Below, piece by piece: positions 45,901-53,898 of a stretch of DNA of 64,000 bases. Numbering within the stretch: position 1 is the first letter of the stretch; each line of letters begins with the position of its first letter. Below the pieces are notes generated by a model. That model searched no databases and was not told where the DNA came from. It saw only the letters and a list, made by a program, of their open reading frames with translations. The translations under genes and the position numbers were made by a program. This stretch comes from a virus (Duplodnaviria; Heunggongvirae; Uroviricota; Caudoviricetes): IMG/VR virus record IMGVR_UViG_3300018475_001475. One strand, written 5' to 3'.

Positions 45901-47517
45901 ATTTGTAGCAACTACTCCCCATGAATCGATTTTTTTATCGATAGAAGCTTTAATCTTATCCATCTCTGGTGATGTTTCGCCATCTTCAATTATTAATCCA
46001 TAATCATCTGCAGCTTGCTGTGCAACTCTATAATATTCTTGCCATGCTTTGGTTAGTTCTTTCTTGGCATAATCAATTGCTGAAACAGTTTCTTTAACAT
46101 CTTCTGTGATATTATCTCCACTATGCGCAACACCAGTAGTAACGATACCAGAATTACTACCGCCTACCGCTTTTAATACATCTTCAGCCTTTTGTGCGGC
46201 CTTAGGAATTTCTACACCCAATAATTTACAAAACTCCTCTGCGGCTGCAAGGCCACCCATGCCGTCAAATGTTACACTAGTAAGTATTTTCTGAATATCA
46301 TTTTTCTTATCCCCTACTTGATCTAGGGCAAATAAATACTTTTCAAGTTCTTGTATTTTCGCATCTATCGCATTAATTTCATCTTCTGAAAAACGTTCCT
46401 CATGATTCATTTTATTTTGTAAATCGGCGTATTCCTCCATTTTACTTTTTAAAGTATCATATGGTTTTTCTAAAAATGATATTTGTGCGCCGATATTATG
46501 GATCTTGCCTGTATACATATTGACAACTTTATCCATTAAATCTTTGTTTTGCACAAAAAATTTGTCAAGAACATTGTCTGCATCTTGTAATACGCCAAGC
46601 CCACTAGACATAATCCATTCATTGCCGGCCTTTGTTAATTTAGTGCTTTCAAATGCAGACTTCAGTTCTGCAGCCGCCTGAACATATTTGGCTACAGAGT
46701 TCAAATATTCAGGTGTTCCAGTCATTTGGTTTGTTTCAAGCTGTTGTTTAGCGACCGAGGCGGATATAAAGGCGTCTTTCAGATTTTTTAACTGTTCAAC
46801 CTGATTCTCTGACTGCTGAGCTAGCGTTACTTTAACTTTTTTAGGATTATTAATAACATCAACAATATTCTTAATTTCCTCTGCCTGCTTTTTTAATATA
46901 TCAATTTCACTTTGCACTTCTTGACTCAACCCAGAAATACTACCAAAGCCACTTCCTCCAACGCCAAAACCTTTAGCAATTTGAGCGTTTACATCCTTCC
47001 ATACAGTTGCAAAATTTGCAAGCTGTGAAGTTAATTTCTCAATATGTTTAGCCTTAGCCTCTTTATTAAATTCCTTAAATTCATTTTCAATATCTGCAAA
47101 TGGAGTTTTGAGTCCAACACCCTCATATATTTCATTTAAGGATTTTGCAAATTCTCTAATTTCTTTAATGCTAGCCTTTGTTGTTAAATTATTCAGAGTA
47201 TCTCTGAGAACATCTAATTGTCCAAGCTTAACACCATCAATACCAAAAATACCTTCTAATTGTTTCTTTAAGTTAATATCTAAACCATCAAACATGCTAT
47301 TAAATGCATCTTTATTGTTTGCTTTTAATGCAGAAAGCGCCTTATCTACCTGTGCGATATATCCAACCATGTCTTTAAACACGGTCATCTTATCTGCAGC
47401 AGTTTCAATATCGGCTAACTTCTGCTTTAAATCGTCAATAAATACTTGTGCGTCTTTTTTAGCATTTTTAGTATTTAAAAACAACTCAGCAGTAGCCATA
47501 AGCTTTTTATGTGCCAT
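39922..47517 (-). CDS. giant virion/tail-associated protein (2531 aa), coiled-coil-rich with internal repeats; C-terminus resembles TMP N-terminal region
   Basis: AAAGGTGGTG RBS; three about 33-aa repeats (VYALVDEIQNKHSTDLSDVKYYLDQVFEEYNKK-like); C-terminal ...YRSFLQDMSKTGAVIGATVKDLTSSAADWARLG. Confidence 0.7.
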   Translation of the reverse strand: MAHKKLMATAELFLNTKNAKKDAQVFIDDLKQKLADIETAADKMTVFKDMVGYIAQVDKALSALKANNKDAFNSMFDGLDINLKKQLEGIFGIDGVKLGQLDVLRDTLNNLTTKASIKEIREFAKSLNEIYEGVGLKTPFADIENEFKEFNKEAKAKHIEKLTSQLANFATVWKDVNAQIAKGFGVGGSGFGSISGLSQEVQSEIDILKKQAEEIKNIVDVINNPKKVKVTLAQQSENQVEQLKNLKDAFISASVAKQQLETNQMTGTPEYLNSVAKYVQAAAELKSAFESTKLTKAGNEWIMSSGLGVLQDADNVLDKFFVQNKDLMDKVVNMYTGKIHNIGAQISFLEKPYDTLKSKMEEYADLQNKMNHEERFSEDEINAIDAKIQELEKYLFALDQVGDKKNDIQKILTSVTFDGMGGLAAAEEFCKLLGVEIPKAAQKAEDVLKAVGGSNSGIVTTGVAHSGDNITEDVKETVSAIDYAKKELTKAWQEYYRVAQQAADDYGLIIEDGETSPEMDKIKASIDKKIDSWGVVATNPSKWGVKVDLDLADAIADGDIDAGGIEKEIDKLIKQHGITFNIPIEDMTGDANKSLDDMSGDIGQTTDALNNAESQVVDTQTAFQNLVNYISQSGDKPAKFFDKLESGAQSVDDELNSILQSLNLIDSSGNINLSSIKSGFTNKGGFVSDQYTMIARRITGQYGQDYLGKSEKLQAQLASAKQAGAQIGAIFDLIKDEAHGLFYEIQNTVPGEAAFSHHKMDVNADVLKASKDQLSDLVHTMKALSDNGLFIDFGGDNILYDKDKGFSIIDLGLVGDQYHTVSSQNTLQENLDRFIKEYFKFAPSSMHADIQTMLADTLYDIAHGVDANIINPNGLSKQQIDSNKRIIAATKAEESAHEQNADAIDEEKAALEALIQLKTKAQNMKWKDFAKDESLAGLKDIAGFTSISQLEKFWKQARYDKKIDFHEISESEAHKIFNNKLTPGLASQWYGPQKFPVKDQLENEILQDDEVRNAALSYMYHLYKNWLPSTYKNPNVNSFEDFLNTEFTLYRGDDSPLVYGDESKMSFSFSKEKAENFSSNIGTVKVKPKDTIGNAGSHIESEVEIFGMKSADTSWFKETNETFEDFYNKQTKEMQDEINAGLVNLEKRRIQDLLDENISKLTHKAGKDTNFQNGALKQFQQGSIPDSLDVVGDGTIADQFAAAYNGLSDIDKKLVAYYANLEAISNTLPDQFSISQYGTESSKKMVGEDAKLFNAVLNDPTGVQKHVANLTGESKFGILGQNAQGINLEANMHKMNTQAIEEEKQAQQGLNREKDKAWQMFSGVSDKLHKDAENKDDPVVQDISDVWDGVNNIYKTIDGPYADPNLIDIGGYLNQATGEIEKVKDFIDKLNSVAANTGIDLSYVQDYISEIYKNADLDGIDKAFNGVMSVDPKSDYDIVSDNLKRLVDSKQAGSEEFNMLAHVWHQLKHVDWTAQNGALEDDINNGKYYSTFNGEFKDVSELYAFIDEIKQKWGTNLIEVKDYLNKVFAKYNQNQQEGYRLDEDLILDLDDFDLDDINDQPVDNIAAYNNAFNQALSEYASATGKKEEKLNKLIEYLKEVQVTEQESIDDGEIQLGVEGETAKIEDVYALVDEIQNKHSTDLSDVKYYLDQVFEEYNKKTATAQTELSPTASADKIDYWGVKDKLFDEVFAIHDEDADEKLKTLLSNLSDVNLSSQDLIDDGKVEDLLNDSSYDIEQVYGLVECIQKQYGINLEYVKDYLNQVYEAYNNKIDRELLEPSVDDDLPTNEYGETLAFQSKRYSVEDYENAYKSQSSNAQNAIKDMATFYQKYTNLQGKMFADDPIDFLISPDNAIPSEIAEVQQTLEAFKAKKQEIANLPIVKTEDDVEKLQELQAEAINLQNKLSSVKLSKYNPQGYDEAFNLSYDDAVLLNDLVNGPDVYDLYKNLSAEYNTKTDKMYDATSDEFNAMIADDASNSLNDYLLKLGEELKLEQQITAEKEQQKELQDQLEDAAKKDENVKVEQSPKLDTGAGKIVGGDYALESTLQQTNSILGNILTATQTEGSKGSIEAQKPQEPKQIQDATPEDPFKKNLYNQTHSFNKYRKDLENVEYVSRSLRDELDKLGTELHQVTTQGDLTGWAKKFNDLKDNIKVAKSVFEQENFGKINLYQKELTNSFNKLTFPQRKGLFDKYSEALILLNKQKQEVKEGHAVELAGLEQITAALQEKINKQIEANQIAKDAAKSQKKNSKFGDTAMINATAKHNRLSQISKSDQFVNSSEISKALEAYDQAYTKMQNIRNDLNNQADITTDDKEKFKVATTECNEYAKALDKLIKNSLKLHNEKVNPDDYMLGSDFIDDANGRKEALANFAKEMYGVSLSAEDFKKNFNEAVFAVDNGDGTFTKMTAKFTDARNEIVAMAGDTKKVQGAFGAFFDELKGKFKSIGAYLIASFSFHEVWSVIRQGVQYVREIDSALTELKKVTDETDASYRSFLQDMSKTGAVIGATVKDLTSSAADWARLGSIVKSAPLCSDT

Positions 47518-47532
47518 TATATTTCACCACCT

Positions 47533-48114
47533 TTAAAAATACAGTTTTACTAAATCTAGTAAATTTTGATTCATATAATTCATAACTAAATCGCCTAATT
47601 CTTTATCAAAAAAGTTTTGCATTTTTTCATCAGGAGATTGCGGATCTTTTACACCGCCGTCGTCACCCAATTTTCCGCTAGGGTGAATACCCTCTAAAAA
47701 TTTATTAGTAATCCACGTTGCTTCAGGGATACCATTATCTCCTTTATCAAAATGGAATAAGTCAGAATCATTTCTTCTAGAAATCCATTTTGTACCACTC
47801 TTATGGTACGGAGAATAACTCTTATGAATACCATAAATCTTCGAAGGAGTATATTGAATACCAAATTCAATAACAATACCTTTTTTTGTTTGAGTTTCTT
47901 GATAATATTTTTGAACTAACTTATACAAAGCCTTCTTACGATTTTTCCCGTACCACTTTGGTTTAAAGGCATAATATTCATCAATAAATTTATCAGCCTT
48001 TTCCTTAATATCTTTTTGCGCTTTAGTGGCCGCATTTCTAGCTGCTGTTTTAGATAGTTCTACGAAATCTTTTTCGATCTGCTCAAACACTTTATTAATG
48101 TCCGTAGCCGCCAT
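47533..48114 (-). CDS. hypothetical protein
   Basis: AAGGAG RBS 8 nt before ATG (MAATDINKV...). Confidence 0.5.
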   Translation of the reverse strand: MAATDINKVFEQIEKDFVELSKTAARNAATKAQKDIKEKADKFIDEYYAFKPKWYGKNRKKALYKLVQKYYQETQTKKGIVIEFGIQYTPSKIYGIHKSYSPYHKSGTKWISRRNDSDLFHFDKGDNGIPEATWITNKFLEGIHPSGKLGDDGGVKDPQSPDEKMQNFFDKELGDLVMNYMNQNLLDLVKLYF

Positions 48115-48130
48115 AAAGCTCACTCCTTAT

Positions 48131-48691
48131 TTACTTTTTCTGAGAGTTTACAAACTCCATTAATTTCCCAATATCCTCCATCTTAATATGAAGGTTCTTA
48201 AGGTCAAAATTACTCACTGCATTAGATAAAGCACCAGACAGGTCGTCTACTTTATCTAGAATGTTAGTTAAAAACTTTCCAAATTGCGCCTCGATATTAT
48301 TGCTGCTTAAAATATAGTCAGTTCTCATTTGCAGTAGTAGATTGACATTTTCATATTCACCACCAAAAGTATCAATTACAGCATTTAATAATCCTGCTTC
48401 GCATAAAATGTCGTAGTCGTTTTCAATATCATTTGACATCTCTAGATTGGTATACGCCTCGATTGTCTTCATAGTAAAAGCAATATATTTATCAATATCA
48501 TCAAACTTATATACACCGTCTTCATATAGAATACAGCTATTAATAATATCCTCAATTAGTACTTTTTTTTCTTTAATACCGATATACTTCTTAGTTTCAA
48601 TTACTTTTGCGATAGATTGTTGAAGTTGCTCACCCTTGAGCATTTTGTTCCTACTATTGTTTGTCCACTCAACTAATTCATTAATTTTCAT
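48131..48691 (-). CDS. hypothetical protein
   Basis: AAGGAGAAAT RBS; 186 aa. Confidence 0.5.
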   Translation of the reverse strand: MKINELVEWTNNSRNKMLKGEQLQQSIAKVIETKKYIGIKEKKVLIEDIINSCILYEDGVYKFDDIDKYIAFTMKTIEAYTNLEMSNDIENDYDILCEAGLLNAVIDTFGGEYENVNLLLQMRTDYILSSNNIEAQFGKFLTNILDKVDDLSGALSNAVSNFDLKNLHIKMEDIGKLMEFVNSQKK

Positions 48692-48752
48692 TTTTTATTT
48701 CTCCTTTTAATCATAAATTTTTATATAAAACCACACCACGGTGGCATAATTT

Positions 48753-49238
48753 TCAGTTTGTCCATTTATAAACTTTATGTGCAGCCTCATTAATACAAAT
48801 AGCTTCACACTCATCTTCGGACAACACCAAGTCATACACATATTTTACATGTTGCATTGCTTGCTCTTTCAGCTCAGCCCTTTTTACACCCGATCCTATC
48901 TTAAATTTTAAAACAGAACGCCATTTGCTCGGCTCAATAATATATGTATCAATATTATGAGCCGCGCAAAATCCTATGATTACCCCTTGAATTCGTGCTA
49001 GAAGCTTCAGGGTTAGGGGGTTGCTTTGCTGGGCTACTTCTTCCATGACCACTTTAGTTGGATTGTATTTTTCAATTATTTTACATAGCTCAACTCCCAT
49101 AGCACGAACACGTTCAGATGTATCCTTCATTTTATGCAAATCTATAGTGCCACACTCAACATATTTTCCATCAATAAATACGGAATACGCTGAAATTTTT
49201 GTGCTTTGATCAAATGCTAATATCTGCATATTCATCAC
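48753..49238 (-). CDS. RuvC-like Holliday junction resolvase
   Basis: ILAFDQSTKISAYSVF N-terminal Asp motif, MEEV (Glu), C-terminal DECEA; RNase-H-fold resolvase pattern. Confidence 0.6.
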   Translation of the reverse strand: MMNMQILAFDQSTKISAYSVFIDGKYVECGTIDLHKMKDTSERVRAMGVELCKIIEKYNPTKVVMEEVAQQSNPLTLKLLARIQGVIIGFCAAHNIDTYIIEPSKWRSVLKFKIGSGVKRAELKEQAMQHVKYVYDLVLSEDECEAICINEAAHKVYKWTN

Positions 49239-49324
49239 ATCCTTTCCTAAAACATAAAAAATAGGGAGCGGCCATTTAGACCACTCCCCATAACAAATTA
49301 AAACTACTACATGTTACGGGAATA

Positions 49325-49645
49325 TTATTCCTTCGGAACGTTGACCTTTTTACTCATTTTGCATAGGTCGTCAATAAGTGCACCAATCTGCTCTAAATCA
49401 ATTGGATAATTGATTGTCTTAGCGCTAGCCTCAATCATGCTAAGCACCCATTGCTTACGATCTGCACCGTTGTCAAACTTGCCTTCAGCCTCAGCCATTA
49501 AATTCATCACTAAACCAATAAGTTGCTGCCAATTCTTTTCACGAATCGCTTGTCTGATATACTTCACAAGACCAACAACTAAAGGAATAATAATTATTAG
49601 TGTCTTTAAGATTTCAATGATAATTTCATACCATTCCATATTCAT
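49325..49645 (-). CDS. holin (phiLC3/LL-H-like family)
   Basis: MEWYEIIIEILKTLIIIIPLVVGLVKYIRQAI TM + charged C-terminus; adjacent to endolysins. Confidence 0.65.
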   Translation of the reverse strand: MNMEWYEIIIEILKTLIIIIPLVVGLVKYIRQAIREKNWQQLIGLVMNLMAEAEGKFDNGADRKQWVLSMIEASAKTINYPIDLEQIGALIDDLCKMSKKVNVPKE

Positions 49646-49653
49646 ATCTCCTT

Positions 49654-49923
49654 TTAATCATCACCATATAAATCAGCAACATTCTGTTTATACGGATTTC
49701 CTTCATCGTCAACGCCAAATTTATTTCGACTGTTCTTAAGTCCAAATTGATACAGCAAGTAGCTCATATATCCACCAATTATAGTAGTGACAGACTGAAC
49801 TGCGAGTGCTGCATCAGGAACCTTGTCCATAAAAACGGCAATATTATATAGCACGCCATTGGCGATACCATATAAAATAATCACACCGCAAATAAACTTG
49901 GACCACTCAAACTTTTTACGCAT
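49654..49923 (-). CDS. holin-like membrane protein (2 TM)
   Basis: Start at MRKKFEW after AAGGAG RBS; two hydrophobic helices. Confidence 0.5.
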   Translation of the reverse strand: MRKKFEWSKFICGVIILYGIANGVLYNIAVFMDKVPDAALAVQSVTTIIGGYMSYLLYQFGLKNSRNKFGVDDEGNPYKQNVADLYGDD

Positions 49924-49936
49924 GAGCTTCACTCCT

Positions 49937-50710
49937 TTATAAGAGTTCATTTACTTTGTTTTGCACCTCGGCATAATTATATCCAGCAGATTCTAGTCTC
50001 TTCTTCCTATCATCGCCATTGCCCCATTTGCCTTGAATCACTTCTCTCGCAATAGTATCGATGGATTGTTTAGACAACAACTCGTTCACCTTATCTTGAA
50101 CGATTGCATAATCATATCCTGCTGCTTTTAATTTTGCCTTTCTAATTGCGCCATTCCCCCATTTGCCACCAATTACCTCTTTGGCAATATCAGTGATGGA
50201 TTTTTTGGCGCTCAATCTTTTATTAACTTGCTCCGCTATCCATGGGAACTTACTTTGTAAATACGGGCCGGGGCAGCATGTATTCGAAAACATGTTGTGC
50301 CTAGTTAAATTTCCACTTGTGTCATATGTATAATTAAGTTTTTCAATGCCATTTCTCTTACAAATATCAACACATAACTCGACCAACTTCTCTAAAGCCT
50401 TGTCACTTACATGCCAGTCTGGTGCACAACCATCGTTCGCAACCTCAATTGTTATAGATTGATTATCATTATAAAAACTTGAGCTTGTCCACGCCCTATT
50501 CTTTTCTTCGACATATAGGCCAATCAGTCCCTCAGAATCGATCCCATAATTGGCACTTGCCTCACATGCAGGATCTTGAAACACATTCCCCAAAGTTTGG
50601 ACAGATAAATTACCAGCCGCATGATGAATAGTAATTTTCTTAATTTTTGCTGTTCTTGGATTATAATTTGGTGATAATTTCACAAAATTTACTAATAGAC
50701 TATTTGACAT
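49937..50710 (-). CDS. endolysin: N-acetylmuramoyl-L-alanine amidase (Amidase_2/PGRP) + two CW_7 (Cpl-7) repeats
   Basis: KITIHHAAG...CPGP amidase_2 zinc motifs; duplicated IA(K/R)EVI(G/Q)GKWGNG...AGY.YA.VQ.KVNELL. Confidence 0.85.
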   Translation of the reverse strand: MSNSLLVNFVKLSPNYNPRTAKIKKITIHHAAGNLSVQTLGNVFQDPACEASANYGIDSEGLIGLYVEEKNRAWTSSSFYNDNQSITIEVANDGCAPDWHVSDKALEKLVELCVDICKRNGIEKLNYTYDTSGNLTRHNMFSNTCCPGPYLQSKFPWIAEQVNKRLSAKKSITDIAKEVIGGKWGNGAIRKAKLKAAGYDYAIVQDKVNELLSKQSIDTIAREVIQGKWGNGDDRKKRLESAGYNYAEVQNKVNELL

Positions 50711-50728
50711 ATATGTTCCCCCTTTAAT

Positions 50729-51484
50729 TTAAACGACTAATTCTAATAATTTCTTCCAGGTTCTGCCTTCCTCTTCTGCAATGCCAGTAGGAGTACAGCC
50801 GTTCTTATTCTGGAAGTCGGTAAGTGCTTTTTTGAACATTGCGCCAGCTACTCCATCAGCAGTTCCGATTTCATCATAACCGAGCGCCAGTAGTCTTTTT
50901 TGAACTGCCTTAATAACCTTATGTTTCCTATTAATATTATTTGAAATCGTAACTGTTTTATTAAGCGTTGCAACGTCAGCTTTACCTGTGACTGGTGCCC
51001 CGCAGGCAGTTTGTACATCTCGTACAAATTGTTCTAAGGTATATTGTATATCAACAGATGCACCAAAAGTAGTTACTTTAACTTGTGCATGACCACGCCA
51101 GAAAGACTTAACTGTACGCGTATCGATATGTACGAAATAACCATCTTTATCTGTGTTATACAGGCCGATCCCAAGAATTCCTATACTCTCACAATACTTT
51201 GCGACCTCTTCAGGCATATGTCCCTTGACAACAATATCAGCTGCTTCTCCACCTTTGGTGTGTCTAGATTGAGGTGCGCCGCCAATTTTTTTATTATGTT
51301 TCGCACAGCGATATCCAGAATTAATTGTAATGGGCGCATCAAAATGCTCTCTAATCCGTTGTACGTATTCCACTAACTTCGGATCAATAATAGTTTCGGA
51401 GCAACAACCAACACCATGGCAATCAAATTCGGTTGAGCTAAAATTCTTAGATAATTTAGTCGGCTTTCCTTTCGTATAAACCAT
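50729..51484 (-). CDS. endolysin: peptidase M15 + C-terminal PG_binding_1 domain
   Basis: SGYRCAKHNKKIGGAPQSRHTKGGEAADI zinc-peptidase motif; C-terminal VIKAVQKRLLALGYDEIGTADGVAGAMFKKALTDFQ. Confidence 0.75.
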   Translation of the reverse strand: MVYTKGKPTKLSKNFSSTEFDCHGVGCCSETIIDPKLVEYVQRIREHFDAPITINSGYRCAKHNKKIGGAPQSRHTKGGEAADIVVKGHMPEEVAKYCESIGILGIGLYNTDKDGYFVHIDTRTVKSFWRGHAQVKVTTFGASVDIQYTLEQFVRDVQTACGAPVTGKADVATLNKTVTISNNINRKHKVIKAVQKRLLALGYDEIGTADGVAGAMFKKALTDFQNKNGCTPTGIAEEEGRTWKKLLELVV

Positions 51485-51511
51485 TTTGATTTACCCCTTT
51501 CTAATTTTGCA

Positions 51512-52030
51512 TTATAAAAAACTATCTTCATCTAGATGCTTATCGTACATGTGTTTAATATGTTTAATGGTAGCCTTTGCTACATTATTCATATAATGTG
51601 GATGATCATCACAATAATGTTCATACTCAGAACAATCTATAAGCACAGAGTCCCAATGTTCTTTGCTATAATTATCACCATGTAAAATATTATCGCCAAA
51701 CTCTAAGATACGAGCTCTGCGATTCGTAGCCTCTCTCTCTTTGGCCTCTTCTCTTATATCAGAAACATCTTTCTTAATTCCTTGTACTTCTTTATTTACA
51801 TTGCCCATTTCAGTTTTTAAGGTCCCAATCTTGTTGTCCATATTTGTTTCTAAATTACTAATTTTGTTCATAACTTCGCCATTAAAAGCGGCTCCAATTT
51901 TTTTAGCAAGCCAACTCCATGGGTTGAACTTAATTGGAGTGATTTCAATCAGCAACGACAACACAACTAATACTACAAGCCAAAAACTGCTATGGTCTTT
52001 AAATAGACACATTATTTCATGAAGCGTCAA
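51512..52030 (-). CDS. membrane-anchored coiled-coil protein; start ambiguous (TTG 52030 / GTG 52039 / ATG 52012)
   Basis: N-terminal TM WLVVLVVLSLLIEI then heptad-rich region. Confidence 0.45.
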   Translation of the reverse strand: MTLHEIMCLFKDHSSFWLVVLVVLSLLIEITPIKFNPWSWLAKKIGAAFNGEVMNKISNLETNMDNKIGTLKTEMGNVNKEVQGIKKDVSDIREEAKEREATNRRARILEFGDNILHGDNYSKEHWDSVLIDCSEYEHYCDDHPHYMNNVAKATIKHIKHMYDKHLDEDSFL

Positions 52031-52087
52031 CAGATTCACCTCCTAAAATGTAATATATCCTCTTGTAAGGTAGAGGCAAACCATAAA

Positions 52088-52735
52088 TTATTTTCCAAAA
52101 TTGCGCTTACGAGTGCTATACTCGTGTAAAACTTGACCTAAAATAAACTCATCAAGATCCGGGAATAAATTATCTACAAACATTAACTCTGCATATGCAG
52201 ACTGCCAAAGAAGAAAGTTAGACAATCTCATATCTCCACCAGTACGCAGAATCATATCTGGTTCCGGTGCATATCTAGTAAGATGCGCAGTAATTCCTTC
52301 CTCTGTTCTAGCGCCAGCCTCAATAGCTCTTATAATTTCATCCCGTCCGCCGTAGTCTAGACACAAAACTAGCGTTAACGCATTTCCATTTTCCGTAGCG
52401 TTTTCAAATTTAATCATGGCGTTAATCAGACTTTCATCCAATCTGTCACGCCGACCAGAAAATTGTACTTTGATACCTTGATTTACATACCAATCTAAGC
52501 GCTCATCAAAATACCAACGGCCAAGGCCAATCAACATATCAACTTCCGTTTTTGCGCGCCCCCAGTTCTCAGTAGAGAAGCAATACACGGTAAGATACTC
52601 AATGTTGTTCTCTATGGCCCAGTCGCAACAGTTCTCGACGGTAATGAGCCCTTGTAAATATCCTGACTTAATCGGTAGGCTGTTATGATGCGCCCACCTA
52701 CGATTACCATCTGCTATAATTGCTAAATGTTTCAT
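52088..52735 (-). CDS. uppS: undecaprenyl pyrophosphate synthase (cis-prenyltransferase)
   Basis: HLAIIADGNRRWA, TVYCFSTENW, RTGGDMRLSNFLLWQSAYAE colinear with E. coli UppS as I recall it; ATG overlaps upstream stop (ATGA). Confidence 0.85.
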   Translation of the reverse strand: MKHLAIIADGNRRWAHHNSLPIKSGYLQGLITVENCCDWAIENNIEYLTVYCFSTENWGRAKTEVDMLIGLGRWYFDERLDWYVNQGIKVQFSGRRDRLDESLINAMIKFENATENGNALTLVLCLDYGGRDEIIRAIEAGARTEEGITAHLTRYAPEPDMILRTGGDMRLSNFLLWQSAYAELMFVDNLFPDLDEFILGQVLHEYSTRKRNFGK

Positions 52736-53898
52736 TGCATCATCTCTTTTTCGTATAATTCTATGTATGGCAATTTACGTGTCTTCCAAGAGAAGTCTTG
52801 CTCCATACACAACTTGCGCTTTGCGGATAACTCTTCCTCATCGTAGTACAGCATAGCTGCTTTTGAAATAGCATCAGCCATGTTATTCTTATACACCACG
52901 ATGGCGTTGTCGTCGTTAAAATTATCGGCCAAACCACCATTTAAGGTCACAATCGGAATAGCGCCATAATGGCTCGCTGTCATAGGCATAAGACCACACG
53001 ACTCCATAAGGCTCGGTTGCAAATAAAAGTCTGCGCCAGCAGTCATAGGAGCTGCCTGTACCGGAGATGCTCTTCGATTCATAAATATGACTCCGTCAGA
53101 GCGCTTATAAGAACGTAGTTTCTGCTCATACTGTGGTGCACCCTTGCCCACAACAAGAAGAATACCTCCGGTTTCCTTAATGATAGGTATGGCCCTAATG
53201 ATAGCTTCAATATTCTTCTCTCTAATTAGCCTACACATTGTAAGACATATATAAGGATCTCCTTGGATTCCATATGTTTGCTTTAATCTTTCCTTGCACA
53301 CTTGCTTGCCAGCCATGTCGTTTGGTGAGAATTTTGCAGGCAATAACACACCTCTTTCAGGTGCCAAAACAGTATCAAGAATACCATCAGGAACGCCATG
53401 AAAATCCACTTTTGTCAAAACTTCGGATAGCGCATCACCATTTTCCAGAACAACCTTTGCGAAATTCTTTGAATTCGTAGTCACACTATCATATTCTAAC
53501 AAAAGATTTTCTTTGCCGCGAAGCACTTTAGGATTGTCAAAACTGTAGATTACTTTTGATGGTCTAGTTGTAAGCATACTTAAAATCTCTGGCTCTGCCA
53601 TATTATGAAGAATATCTGGGCCAATAAAGTTTATCACATTAGCAACAAGTGTACGCCATGATGATCTAGCAATCAAGTAGTACGTGACATTAGAAAACTT
53701 ACAACTCCTAACACCATCAGATATTTGTGTAAATGTAGAGGCGGTTTTAGCTATAACGCCATCACCATCAGGGCATACAACAAAAACATTGTAATCAAGA
53801 CTTAATGCATTTGCTAGACTGTCAGTAACTTCGGCCACGCCACACTTGACTATGCCTGAGAAAACGCTCTCGTTTGATACTATTACTAGCTTTTTCAC
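52732..53898 (-). CDS. GlgA-like (GT5/GT4-type) glycosyltransferase
   Basis: N-terminal VSNESVFSGIVKCGVAEVTDSLANAL and C-terminal GADFYLQPSLMESCGLMPMTASHYGAIPIV resemble glycogen-synthase blocks; GTG start overlaps upstream stop (GTGA). Confidence 0.6.
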   Translation of the reverse strand: MKKLVIVSNESVFSGIVKCGVAEVTDSLANALSLDYNVFVVCPDGDGVIAKTASTFTQISDGVRSCKFSNVTYYLIARSSWRTLVANVINFIGPDILHNMAEPEILSMLTTRPSKVIYSFDNPKVLRGKENLLLEYDSVTTNSKNFAKVVLENGDALSEVLTKVDFHGVPDGILDTVLAPERGVLLPAKFSPNDMAGKQVCKERLKQTYGIQGDPYICLTMCRLIREKNIEAIIRAIPIIKETGGILLVVGKGAPQYEQKLRSYKRSDGVIFMNRRASPVQAAPMTAGADFYLQPSLMESCGLMPMTASHYGAIPIVTLNGGLADNFNDDNAIVVYKNNMADAISKAAMLYYDEEELSAKRKLCMEQDFSWKTRKLPYIELYEKEMMQ

